A stretch of 64,000 bases of DNA, taken from positions 103,201 through 167,200 of the forward strand of contig QPMI01000188.1 in the NCBI GenBank assembly GCA_004431415.1, written 5' to 3'. The position numbers and the translations under genes were made by a program. Within the stretch, counting starts at the first letter, position 1. Each line of letters begins with the position of its first letter. The notes beneath the pieces are model-generated. The model searched no databases, had not been told where the DNA came from, and saw nothing but the letters and a program-made list of their open reading frames with translations. The stretch is from Cyanophora paradoxa CCMP329. Its lineage: Eukaryota > Plantae > Glaucophyta. Positions 1-17,089 of the stretch are shown piece by piece.

Positions 1-2350
1 TGTACCCCCCAGTGGCGAGCCCCTGCCGCCCGCTGACCCTGTACCCCCCCAAGGCGTCTTCCACACGAGCCACAACATACCGCCCGAGGACATCCCCTTC
101 TACCAGTGCGGCCGATCCCCCCTCCTTGTCTTTGGCTGTACCCCCGCATCCGCGTCCGACGGACCGGGGGCAGGGAAGCGGAGGCGGTGGCGTGCCGAGC
201 GGCGTCCCACGCGGTGGCCCTCTGCAGGCGCGCGGCGCCCGCCCCCGCCTTCACCGCCCCGCCCCGTCCCGCCCCGCCCCGCCCCGTCCCGCCGCCCCGC
301 CCCTCCGCCGCCCCCTCACAGGCCGCAGGATGGATGCGACGGCCCTCGCGAGCAACGCCGGTACCGTGCGCCCCTCTACGGCTCTGCAGCTCTGCAGCTC
401 GGTCCCCACTGACGTCTTTGCCGGACCAGAGCAACCTGGTGGTGCTGCTGCCCCCGATCCCGGCGTGGTGTGAGGCAAAAGCGCGCGCCTGGCGGCCCCC
501 GCCGCCGCCCCCGGCCCCGCCGGTGCCGGCCCCGCCGCCGCCGCCTGCGGCTCCGCGGCCGGGCGAGGATGGGGGGGCGGAGGAGGACCGTCTGGAGGGG
601 GACGCGCCCCCCGGGGCGGGCGAGGGGGTACCGCAGCTACCGCCGGACCGGCCCTACCTCCTCTGCTGCGTCCGGCGCAGCCCTGAGAAGAACGTTCGTT
701 CGCCCCATCCATTACAGAACTACATAGAGGAAGGAGGCGCCGGCGGCCTCCAGAAATCCTGCACGCCCTCCTTCTTCGCTTCGATCCTTACTGGGCCGGG
801 CCCAGGTCGACTTCTTCGTTCGCCTGTGCCAGCGCGCCTCGGCGCTCCTCGACTCGCTCGGCGTCGTACCCCTCCTCTGCGGCGCCACCGCGGCGCGCCC
901 CTCTCCCCCTCTCGCCCGCCCTTGCCCCGCGCAGAGGCAGAGGCTGAGGCTGCGCTGCGCTGCGCGCAGGACGAGTCGTACGACGCGGGGCTGCGGGGGG
1001 GTCTCCTCGCCGCCTGCCGCCGCGCCGAGGCGCGCCGCCGCCCGCCCCGCCCCGCCCCGCCTCATGCCCGCCTGATCGTTGAGCCCTTGATCGCGCCTCA
1101 GATCCGGGGCTCCCTCAGCCACGACGAGCTCATGGACGTCTACAGCAAGTCCGTATCCCCCGTCCTCCTCCGTCTCCCGTCTCCAGAGCCTAAGAGCGCC
1201 CGGCCCGGCGGGCAGGACGCTGCTGAACGTGCACACGGCTCTCTACGAGCCCTACGGCCTCACCATCGTCGAGGCGGCCGCCTTCGGCGCCCCCTCCCTC
1301 ATCCACCGCGGCGGCCAGGCGAGGCCCGGGGCCTGGGCCGCCCAGCTCCGCTCGGCTCAGCTGAGTTCTGAGCGGGCCGGGCGGGGCGGGGCGGGGCGCA
1401 GGTGGGGGCGACGGACCTGCTGCGGCCGGGCCCCGCCTCGGGGTGGGGCGAGGGCGCCGCCGATGCCGTGCGCTCTCCTCCCCTCCCTCTCCCCCCTCCC
1501 TCCCCCGTCCGCCCGCCCGCCTCAAACCCCTTCTCCCCCGCAGGAGGAGGAGGAGGAAGGGTTCGAGACGGACATGGCGGACCTGGAGACCTGCGCGCAG
1601 GTGCGCCGCTGCCGCGCTGCCGCTGCTGCTGGGCGCCCTCGGGCGAGCGAGAGCAAGCTTAAGCAAGCACGAAAGCTGCTGTGTGACCTAGCGAGCTAGC
1701 GCCCCCACTGAACCCGCCCGCCCGCCAGCCCGCCAGTCCGCCAGCCCGCCTGCCCGCCCCCCTGCCCTATCTAGCTAGCTAGCTAGCTGGCGCCCCCGCC
1801 GAACCCGCTGCGCCTGCCTGCCAGCGAGCCGGCCCGCCCGCGCGCCTCCCTGCCCACCTGGGGGCGTGCGTGCGCGCGGGACCTTGTGGCCGCCGAGCTG
1901 GGTCGCTACTAGTTAAGAGCTAGAAGAACCTAGAAGGTAGTTTGTTAGTGGGGGCTAGAAGGTAGTTAGTTAGTTAGTGGGGGCTAGAAGGTAGTTAGTT
2001 AGTTAGTGGGGGCTAGTAACGAGCCCTCGCAACTCTTAGCTCTAGCTCTTGACAAGTAACTCGCGCAGGACCTGGTCGCCCTCCTCGCCGACCCCCCGCG
2101 CATCGCCGCCGCCGGTCCGTACGCGTCCGGATCCGCCCGACGCCCCCGCCCGAGCGGCAGCGGCTCCGACGCATGCATGCATACATACATGCACCGCCTT
2201 CCTACATACATACATCGCCCTCTTCTTGACCTTGGCTTGTTGGTGCCTGACGCCTCCGCTCACATCAGGGGCGCGGGCGCGGGAGCGGGCGCTGAGCTAC
2301 ACCGAGCGGGAGAACGGGGCGCGCCTCCTCGCCATCCTCCAGGCCTCCGC
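1..2350 (+). CDS. GT4/Glycos_transf_1-type glycosyltransferase, multi-exon, 5' truncated, last exon uncertain
   Basis: Exon peptides PYLLCCVRRSPEKN (~650-693), LSHDELMDVYSK (~1113-1149), TLLNVHTALYEPYGLTIVEAAAFGAPSL (~1217-1300, GT-B EX7E motif), ARERALSYTERENGARLLAILQ (~2275-2342). Confidence 0.75.
1930..2016. repeat. Intronic tandem repeat, ~3 copies of 29-bp CTAGAAGGTAGTTAGTTAGTTAGTGGGGG
   Basis: Copies start at 1930 (variant), 1955 and 1984. Confidence 0.9.
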
Positions 2351-2625
2351 CGTCCGCCCCGCCCCGCCCCGCCCCGCCCCCTCCAATATTTTAAAAGGCT
2401 ATACGGCCCGGCTAAGCCCGACCCGCCCCGCCCCGCCCCGCCCCGCCCCGCCCCGCCCGCTCCAATATTTTTGGAGGCTAAGCGGCCCGGCTAAGCCCGT
2501 CCCGCCCCTTCTCGCCCCGCCCTGCGCCCTCCGCCGCCTTTGAGCGGGCCGCCTTCGTTCGTTCGCAGAGGGGCGAGGTCGCGGGGAGGTCATCCCCGCC
2601 CCCGAGGCCCGCCGCCGCCGCCGGC

Positions 2626-3200
2626 GCGGCGCCGGGCGGCCCGGGGAAGTAGCTATAGCTGTCCGGCGCCAGCCGGCGGCCCGGTGCTGCGCCGGGCGGC
2701 CCGGGGAAGTGGTCGTCCCCTTCCGCCCGCGCCCCTTTCTCCGATCCACCCCTCCTTCCGAAGTTCTCTTTCTGGCCCTCGGACCAGCGCCGGCGCCGCC
2801 CATTCTCTGACGGGCTCTTTACCCAACGCCCCCGCCCTGTCCGGTGCGGCGCCGGGCGGCCGGGGTAAGTAGCTGTAGCTGTCCGGCGCCCGCCGGGTCG
2901 CCCCACCCCTTCCTCCTGGCTCCCCCACCTCCACCCCGGACCCCTTTCTTCCTTGGCCCCCACCCCCTGCCCGCCGCTGGCGCCGACAGCGCTAGCGGCG
3001 CCGGCGCCGGTGCGGCGCCGGGCGGCCCGGAGAAGTAGCTATAGCTGTCCGGCGCCCGCCGGCGCCCCACCCCTTCCTTCCGGCTCCGGCTCCCCCCCCT
3101 CTACCCCGGACCCCTTCCTTCCTTCTCCTTCCGGCCCCCGGCCGGCGCCGTCCCTACCCATGGCCAGACGGCCCCTCTCGCCAACGCCCCCGCCCCATCC
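2626..3200. repeat. Degenerate ~160-166 bp satellite-like repeat with conserved ~45-bp core
   Basis: Core GCGGCGCCGGGCGGCCCGG..AAGTAGCTATAGCTGTCCGGCGCC at 2626, ~2686 (partial), 2846 and 3012, with similar C/T-rich linkers. Confidence 0.8.
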
Positions 3201-3370
3201 CTGGCCGGACAGAATCCCGCAGACCCTCGTCCTTGCCGGAGCATATAAAATTAGGCTTACACTATTTGAAACTCGCTGCAGGAACCCTATATATAGCTAC
3301 GCTGTACAGCATGCGGGGAGGGCTCGGGCCCGACATGAGCTCGGTGAACCCGTACCCCAGCGCCTCGTGA

Positions 3371-4335
3371 TCACGAGCTCGAGCTCGGGGCGGGATCCGC
3401 CGTGGAAAGCACCGCCCAGACCTCGTTGTGCCTGCGCGTGCGCGCGCACGCCCGGGGCCGGTCAGCTGTCGTGCTGGAGATCGAAGCGCAGTGGGGCCGC
3501 GAGGAGAGGGTACCGGAACCAGAACTTGAAGGGCGGATCGTACTGCGCGAGGACGGTCTTTGGGCTGGGTACCGCGACTCGGTCCCGTCCTAGGGCCTCG
3601 AGCAGCTCGGACGCCTGGTCGTCCCAGCTGCCCTCTGTCGCCCAGCCGCCGAAGCTCCGAACCGCCACCCGCGCGGCCGGCACCTCGCGAATGTATACCT
3701 GCGCCGCGCGCGTGCACGCGTGGGCTTCCATGGCTAGCGCGGCCGAGGAGAGGCGGGCATCGAATTCGAACCTTTTCCGGATTCGTCGGCGCGGGCACAG
3801 CCTTCGTGGACTTGTAGCGCGAGGCAGCCAAGTAGAAGCAGTTGTCGAAGCCGCCGCTGTCTTTACGCCATCCGATCACTGGCGCCTGCGCAGCGTTTCA
3901 ACGCTTGCGAAAGCGACGGCGCGGCCGCGCGGGGAGCGAACAGTCATGTCCATCGTCTCATGTTTCTCGTTGGCCCCGCGGATGTACGAGAAGAGAGTGC
4001 GGAAGTTGCGCTTGCCAGCGTCGCTCATGCCCTGCGCGAGCGCGCGGTCATCGTCGGCGCCGACTCTGCGAATCCGAGTCCGCACGCGCGCCGCGCCGCC
4101 GGCAAACCTCGTCGTCCGCGTGCGTGCAAATCCAGAGGGACGGATCGTACAGGCGGATCTCATATCCTTCGACGGAGACCTCCACGGCGTAGCGCGGGGT
4201 CTCGGTGGCGTGGCTCGCCTGCGCGGTGGCATCGACCTCAGCGAGCGCGGGGTGGCGTGTGTGGTAGCTCCAAGATGTGCGCACGGCTACGAGGACAGCA
4301 ATAAGGACCAGCGCCAGCGCCGCCGGCGCCTTCAT
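3371..4335 (-). CDS. SOUL/HBP heme-binding family protein with N-terminal signal peptide, multi-exon
   Basis: MKAPAALALVLIAVLVAV leader; ETPRYAVEVSVEGYEIRLY, NFRTLFSYIRGAN..MDMT, PAPTNPEK, VAVRSFGGWA, AQYDPPFKFWFRHNEVW are SOUL hallmarks. Confidence 0.9.
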
Positions 4336-4693
4336 TCTTCAGCCGTGAAAGTTCAGGCGCTTCAGCGAGGGGTACGCAGAACAGCCGAGGAGGGCCAGTG
4401 ACTGTGCCGTGAGGGTCGATTCCCTCCATTACAGCGCACGCTTCCGGTGAGCTGGACCCCTTTTCTGGCCGGGGCCGCCCCCTCCCGCCGGCAGAAAACG
4501 CGCGCGTGCACGCCGGCCCTTCTGGGCGGGCAACGTGCCTGGTAGATAGCAGCCCCATAAGAAGAGACGGCAGTCATTCTATTAAAAATAGTTCCGCCCC
4601 GCGCGGCGCTCAGCGACGGCTCTAATTACTAAGCCGCGCCCCTTCCGCAGCGGCGAGCACCTCATCGGAAGACTCGACCCCGACAGGCCGGGA

Positions 4694-7014
4694 ATGGCCC
4701 TCTCGGTGTACCGGCTCTATGACCACAACGCCACTCTCCGCGGTGCGGCCTCCGACGTTGCCGTCGCCCGGACCTCGGAATTCCTCCGCTGTCCTGAGCC
4801 GACGGCGGCGCCCCGGTTCCATTCCGTAAAGGTGTTGACTCCCGCTTCCCTTTTCAGGTGCCAGCCTCGGCGCCAACTGTGCGGGGCATGATGAGATTGT
4901 GCGCAAATACCGGTGCCGAATCCCCTGCTGGTCGCTGACAGCGGGGGCGTACTTTTCAGATCAAGCACAGAACCATGAGCGTGGAGAGCATGTCTTCTGA
5001 CACAAGCCTCGCACCGAGTGTGCCGTCCTCCATGCCGCTGGACGGCAGCGACCGTCCGGTCCGCCTTCCGGACATCGAGGTCCCAGCCTCCCCGAAGCGC
5101 ATCCCCGGTGAGCCCCTCTTTCTCTATCCCTCTTTACCTTTCCGCTGCGCACGCAAGCCGCGCGCGGTCAGTGGGCTGGTCTGACAGCGCGCGGCATGCG
5201 CAGCTGTCCCCTGCAAGGTCCCGCGCGGTCCGAAGGGCGCCGGGAGCGGCAGCGACACGGAGACGGAGTCGGAGTCGGAGGGAGAGGAGAAGCCGACCCT
5301 CTCGGAGCTCTCGCGCCGGAAGCGCGCGCGTGTCAACTACTGCGGTCCGCCCGCTGCCCGGGCGCCCCGCCCCATTCCATTCCGAACCTTTTCGCCCGCG
5401 CAGAGATCGACAACGACGACTTCGTCGAGTCGAACTTTGAGGATGCCCTCTCGCCCGTCTCTTCCCCGCAGGTCCTCCCGCCCGCCCGCCGGCCGCGCGT
5501 CGCGGCCCCGGCCGTGCTGACGTGGGGGCGGCGGCAGGCCGGCGCTCGCTCGCCGTCTGCAAAGTTTGTGGACCGGCGCCACACTGTCCGCTCGCTCGTC
5601 CGTGCCCACCCAGAGTTCAGGCGCAACCGGTGCGGGAGGGCAGACACCTTGTGCTCGTTCGCTCGCCCCCAGGACGCCCGCCTCACCGGCGTCACCTCGC
5701 AGCGCGCGCTACCTTCGCGGCGAGGAGTCCAAGGACGTCCGCACGGTGCGCCCTCCTCCTTCTCTGCGCCCGCGCGGCTGCAGGCCTCCCAGCGCCAACC
5801 ACGCGCTTTCTCTGCGCGAATGCACAGGCGCGCTGGTTCGAGATCGCTCGGGAGATCGGCCTTAGCGCGGCCGAGCTGGGCCCGGTGCACGGGCACCCAG
5901 CGGAGCTCTCCGTCAGCACGTCACCCTCGCTCGTGCCCGGCAGCCCCGAGAGCCTCTCCCCGCCGCCCCTCGCCGACGCGTACGGTGCGCTCTGCTTCAT
6001 GCCGCCCCGCCGCGCTCTCCGGCGCCCCGCTGAGCGCCGCCGGCGTGCAGACGAGGCGTCCTCCGTCGAGTCTCCCCGCTCGCCGGTCCGGCCGGCTCCG
6101 TCCAAGAAGCGGCCGGCCCCGTTCCGCGCCCGCGCCGACGAGGACGAGGACGAGGAAGACGACGAGGGCGCCGCCCCAGTCCCTTCGTCCGTGCGCGGGC
6201 GCCCGCCGGCGGCGGCGGCGGCCCGCTGGGGCCTGTCCTCCCCCACGGCGGCGGCGGCGCGGGCCAAGGGCGCCGCGGCGGCTGCTGCGCCGGTGGCGAA
6301 GCTGGGGCGGCGGGGCAAGGCGGCGCTGTGCGACGCGATCATGCGGCACCCGGACTTCGCCGGCCAGCGCAAGCGCCTCCTGGGAGCCGCCGGCCACGTC
6401 ACGCGCCTCCCGAAGGAGCGCCTCCTCGAGATCGCCAGCGAGCTCGGCGTCGACGTACCCGCCTACGAGGCCGCCCGCCCCCGGCGCCCGCGCCCTCCTC
6501 CCCTGCGACCGCGCCGACTCGCCGGCCCGCGCCTTGAGAAGCCGGCCCGCGGCCCGTGCAGCGGCCCGCCCCGCCCCGCCCTCGGAGGGCGACGAGGAGG
6601 ACGACGAGGCGCGCGCCCGGCCGGCGCCCCGCCCGCCCCGGCCCGTCGCCCTCCCCGCCCGCTTCCGCGCCCGGCTCCGGCGGTGGCCGCCCGAGGCGCG
6701 CGGCCGCTGCCAACGACGCCCTCTCCCTCGTCTCGTTCGCCCTGGCCGACCCGTTCGTCGGCGGCGGCGCCGCCCCGCCGGCGGCGGCGGCGCGCGCCCC
6801 CGCGGGCCCCCTCCGATCCTTCCGCTCCGTGGCTGAGTTCCTCGCCGCTGCGGGCTGCGGGCACCTGGCGCCGCGCTTCGCGGCGCACGGGATCGACGGG
6901 AGCGTCGTGCGGAACCGGCGCTTCACGGAGCTCTTCCTCGTACGGGTCCTCGGCGTCCCCGCAGGCGACGCCATCCGGATCATGGACCTGCGCGACCGAG
7001 CCCGCTTCCTCTGA
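4694..7014 (+). CDS. Protein with two related helical HP(E/D)F...EIA.E.G repeats and a C-terminal SAM domain; start 4694 or 4975
   Basis: C-terminal SVAEFLAAAGCGHLAPRFAAHGIDGSVV...LGVPAGDAIRIMDL fits the SAM consensus; basic RRKRAR segment ~5315-5332; GT-AG exon chain. Confidence 0.65.
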
Positions 7015-8670
7015 TCCGAGCGAGCGAGGCCCGGCGGCTTTACTCGCCTTTTCGCCGGCGTTTTTCTCCTTCTTCTTCTTTCGGCCCTCCTTTAACATAG
7101 CACCCACCGCCTGTACACTCGCTCACTCTTTCTTTCGCCTGTTCAGCCGTTTCATCAGACGGATCGTTGTTATTATTATTATTGTCTTTGCGCCGGCGTG
7201 CGTTGCGTTAGCGCCCTGTACACGTTATGCCTGATGTCGCCTTCAGTCCCTGTACTGACCTTGGTGACGAACTTTGGCGGATTTGATCCTTTCTTTTGGT
7301 CGTAGTGTCGAGCCCCCGCGATGCGTCGCCGCCTTGGCGTCGCGGCAGCATCCTGTAATTTTACTATTTATGTGTGCCAGTCCTTTCTTTTAGATCTGAG
7401 CCCCGGGCCCCCACAAGAAGAGGCGTCGGTCAATGTCCATCCTGTACAGTGTACTCCTCGTCGTTTCAAAGACCCCCTTAAGCTCGTCACGGATGGAGTT
7501 GTAATTAGAGAGCTCGGCCGCATGTAGATCTTTCGAACCCAGTCACTCATCATGAGTGACCTGAGCTCCCCCTGAGGCCTGTACTTTCTACTGTAGAACC
7601 GTTTTACCGATGTTATGCGCTAGACACCCCGTCTAGGATGTATTCTGATGTACATAGCTGCAAATGCCCCCCACCTTGTAATTTAGTAATGTAACTTAGT
7701 AATGCATAGATCTAGATTCTAACCTGGACATGACATGAGGCCCCGCGGCATCTAACCTTGAAGGCCTTGAGGCCCTGAGGCTTCAAGGCATGAAGACTCC
7801 CCGGCCCGGGTCCGAGCTCGAGCCAGCCGCCGCGGGCCGCCCGGGCGCCCCGCCGCGGCGGGCCGCCGGCGCCTGGCCCCCGGGCCCCACCCGAATTCGA
7901 AACTTTGAAGAAATTTGAAACTTCAACTTTGGCAAGGCTTGTCCTCATGATCATGACTCAGTGAAACTCAGCGGCTCGGAGGGCTCGCGGGCAGGGCCTT
8001 CATGATCATGGTCATGATCATCATCAGGCCTAGAAAATTAAAATCGATCCGATCCGGATCCACTGGGCCACTGGGCCGGGCCAGATCCCGAGTCCTGCGA
8101 CCGAGCCCTAGGCCTTGAATAGGAAGGCCCGGCCCCCGCGGCCGGCGCCCCGCCCGCCCCCCCCGCCCAGCCCCCCCCCCCCCCGGGACCCCCCTGGGCC
8201 TTCCCCCCCCCCCCCCCCCCCGGGGGGGTCCCCTGAAGCAGCCTCCGAGGCTCGGCGGCCTGCGCCACTGCGCGGGAACACGTGGGCCCCTCGCCCTGCA
8301 CTGGCTCTAGATCTGTAGTGGGCTCACAGTGATGGAGCTCTTCTAGATCCGCTCACTTGAAAGCTATCCAATCTACGTTCAGAATTGGACAGAATCACAA
8401 AACGACCGCGAGAAAAATCAGCGCTACTGAAACAACCAACGCTATTAGTACTGAAAAAACGCCCTTCTGCAAAAATGTTGCCGGCCTGGCAGACTGCAGC
8501 TGTACACGAGAGTTCGAGTGGGGTCTGTGGCTGTGCAAATCTAAGCAAAAGAGAGGAAACTGCAACTGTACAGAGAGATCAATAGGACTTGGTTCCTGCC
8601 CTCTCAAAGGGCCTTTGAAACTGGACTGAACGCGCTCTTGGCCGGCCCGCCAGCAGGCGGCCCGGCCCGC

Positions 8671-9994
8671 CTACAGGTCGAAGCAGCCGTCCGAGCCCGA
8701 GCTGTAGTCCCGCGTCCTGCGGTGCTTCGCCCCGGAGTAGCTGCGCGCGTCGGCCAGGGGCAAAGGCGTCAGCGGAGCGCGGGGTGGCGGAGCGGAGCGG
8801 AGCAGAGCGAAGCGTAAGCGCGGCGCTCGCGCACCGGCGGTCGATCGCGCGGCGCGTCTTGTACTTCTTGGCGCGGCTCTTGAGCGCCTCGAAGCGCTTG
8901 CCGTCGATCAGCGCCTTGAGCCGCTCGCGGCCGGCCTCGCCGCCGGGGATCTGCGGCGCCGCTTTGAGCAGCTGCAGCGCACCTCGGGCTCGGATCTGAG
9001 CGGCCCGAGGCGGCGTACCTGCGAGCCCTCCTCGGCGCTGTGGTCGTCGTCTTTCACGAGATCGGGCATGAAGCAGTGGTCGGAAGCGTCGCGCATGTAG
9101 CGCAGCAGCAGCTCGTCCGAGACGCGACCGCCTGCAGCTCATTAGCTTCAACTAGGAAGGATTCGAGCAGGACGCGGGCGGGCGCTCCCGCACCAGCGCC
9201 GGCGGCAGAGCGGAGCAGGGCGCGCCAGGCCCAGGCCACGGCGCTGTCCGGCTCATAGAACTCCATGCTGAAGCTCGCCTCGCCCTCTTTCCAGTTCAGC
9301 TTGAAGCCGGAATCTGCGAGTGGAGAAACAGCGTTACATCATCGCTTGCCGCTGGTATCATTAGATCAGAACCGCACTGGAGTAGTCCTCGGACAGGTCG
9401 CCCCGGAAATCGATGGCCCGCATCTCATCTGCCGCGTCCGCGAGGATGAAGAGCGCCTCGTTCCCGCGCTCGTATGCGCCGGCGGGCACATCGGAGGCGC
9501 GGGAGAGCTCGAGAACCTGCGCGGACGCGGGCACCGCAGTCAAGCACAGCGCTAGCGGCGGCTTCGGCAGTACAGGTACAGCGGCGGCACGGCCTCGAGC
9601 GGCAGGCGAGCGACGCACCGCTTCCAGCACGGGCTTGAACATGCGGAAGAACTCCATGACCTCCGCGCTCTGTTCCTCGTATCCTGACGAAGCGTGAGAC
9701 CGAAAGCGGACACGACGTCGACCGAATTTTTTGGGACGGACCGTCATGCCAATCGGCATCCACAAGTTGCCAAACCATCTTGACATGACCCTTCATTTCT
9801 TTCTTCAGCTCCTTCGAATCGGAGAGCTTCGCCCATGCTCCGTCCGAGACGCCGCGGACGCTCTTCGGCGCCCTGGGCTTCGCGGGCGCGCGCGGCCGCT
9901 TCTTGCCAGCAACGGGTGTGCATGTGGGAATGTCGCCAGCGGGAGCTGCGATGGCGGCGGCGCTCGTGGCGCTAGTCTGACCGATAGAAGCCAT
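8671..9994 (-). CDS. Uncharacterised multi-exon protein
   Basis: Spliced chain MASIGQ...KMVWQLVDADWHD|GYEEQSAEVMEFF...|EMRAIDFRGD...|AWAWRALL...YMRDASDH...|KTRRAIDR|YSGAKHRRTRDYSSGSDGCFDL*; coding-like composition. Confidence 0.7.
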
Positions 9995-10063
9995 TGCGAT
10001 TTCAAATTAAGGGGGGTGGGGCGGTAGGGGGGTAGAGGCGCAAGCTGGGGGTTCATCAGAAGA

Positions 10064-15345
<5,282 letters not shown>

Positions 15346-16150
15346 GCCCGCCCCGCCCCGCCCCGCCCCGCCCCGCCCCCGTCCTAATTTTTTAAAGGCC
15401 CGCCCCGCCCCGCTTACAATTATTTGTGTTCTTTATCCTTCTTTCTAGCTTCTGTCTAAGATGTTCTCTATCTGCTCTCCACATGTATCTTCTAGGGCGG
15501 TCTTTTACAGTCAGACGGGCCACGTCCTCCAGGCCCGCCCGCCCCGCCCCGCCCCGTCCCGGCCCGTCCCGCCCCGCCCCGCCCCGCCCGCCCGCCCCGC
15601 CCCGCCCCGCCCCGCCCCGCCCGCCCCGCCCGGGGGCAGCTTCATGCAGTCGTCTAGGTCTAGACCTCCGGATCCTCTAGATCGTTTCCTCTAGACCTCC
15701 GGAAGGTCTAGGGGCCCCCGCCTCCCCCCCCCCCTCTAGATCGTTTCCTCTCCGTTTCCTCTAATAACGATCCACCCTCGGATCGTTTCCTCTCCGCATC
15801 CTCTAGATCTTCACGATCACCGATCGATCGGCCAGTGACACCGCACGCTTCGGCCGCGCAGCCGCTCCCCTCGATCCTCAACTTTAGCCGGCGCGCCATG
15901 GAAACCCCGGGGCCCGCCACCGCGGCCGCCCCCGGGCCCCTTCCCGCCCACCCGCCCCGCACAACCTGACCTCTCCGAAGCTACCCACAAACAACCTGAT
16001 AAATATGTGAACATTCTCAGTATGAACAGTATCCAATTTGCAGGCCATTTTCCAGCAGATGTGAACTTCCGAAGCTCGAGCTAAGTACACTTATATATAA
16101 TTAACTCCGGATCCGGAGCGAGGTTTTAAATTAGAGCTAGCGCTAGCTAT

Positions 16151-17089
16151 AGCAAGTTTTAAATTTCTGACCGGCCCGGCGGCCGGGGCCCCGGGGCGCG
16201 CGCGCGAGTTGCACGTACGCGTGCACGCTTGACACTTGCAATTGCAAGCTTAAGCTTAAGCAGGCCATGGCCGTGCACAAGCAGGGGGGCTCCGCCCCCC
16301 CGGCCCGCACCCCCCCAGTGTTATTTAGGGATGGTTCAATCCCCAAGAATCAATGTATGTGAACTTCGGAACACCGAATTCGAAGAACACTGCAGCTGAT
16401 GTCAATCATTTTTGAATCAAGTGATCACAGAACAATGTGCGGGATGCATCATGGCATTGCAATTGTATTTTCATCATTCATGTTTTGTCATCCTTATCAA
16501 ACTTCGTGTTTTGGGCTTGAACTTTGGCTGGCAAAGAAAGGGCAATTCTTGGTCAGGAATTTAATATGAATAAGAAGCTGAAGTGCTGATCATGAACAAT
16601 TGCAAGAAGCTTAAGATTTAAAGAAGAAAAGCAAAGAAGAGTATCCGCCGGCGCCTCCGCCTCCGCCGGCGGCCGGCGAGCCGCGCCGCCGTCGATATCC
16701 GCCGCTCCGAGGCTCGTCCGCGCGCCTCGCCCGCGGCCGTCCCAGTCGAGCCGCGCCGGCCACCGCGGCCGCCCGCCGGGGCCGCGCGCGGCCCGCCGGC
16801 AACGGCTAGCGCTCCAGATCTAGAGTCCAGACTCCGAGAGTCGAACTCCGGACACTAGTGAATCAGGGGGTGTGTTCTTATGGGTGGAACAAGCAGCAGA
16901 ACCGGAAATTCTAATGGAACGAGCCCCTCTCTTGTGCATAAGACTCCGGACTCCGGAGTCCGGCGTCCGCGGGGGCCGCCGGGCCGACAGGGCCCCTTCA
17001 AGGCTTTGCGCATGCCGGCCCCCACTGCCGGGCGATCGCGAGCCGCGCCATGTGCATGTTCGTTCAGTTCAGCAAAATTTAAAACTTGC
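16151..17089. mobile_element. Degenerate foldback/long-TIR element remnant
   Basis: Nested inverted matches: 16152-16166/17075-17089 (15 bp exact), 16172-16184/16974-16986 (13 bp), 16274-16292/16921-16938 (partial); AT-rich interior. Confidence 0.45.

Noticed and set aside
7390-7545. Minus-strand peptide GSKDLHAAELSNYNSIRDELKGVFETTRSTLYRMDIDRRLFLWG as a retroelement remnant
   Set aside because: Short, bounded by stops, no RT or transposase motif; needs tBLASTn to assess.
7541-7560. C/D snoRNA from ATGATGA within the GTCACTCAT-C-ATGAGTGAC hairpin (also TGATGA at ~20494)
   Set aside because: No properly spaced D box with terminal stem or recognisable rRNA guide.
8155-8230. Long C/G homopolymers as functional elements (also ~14145, 19250, 19745, 29825, 41505)
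   Set aside because: Low complexity and length-unreliable in long-read assemblies.
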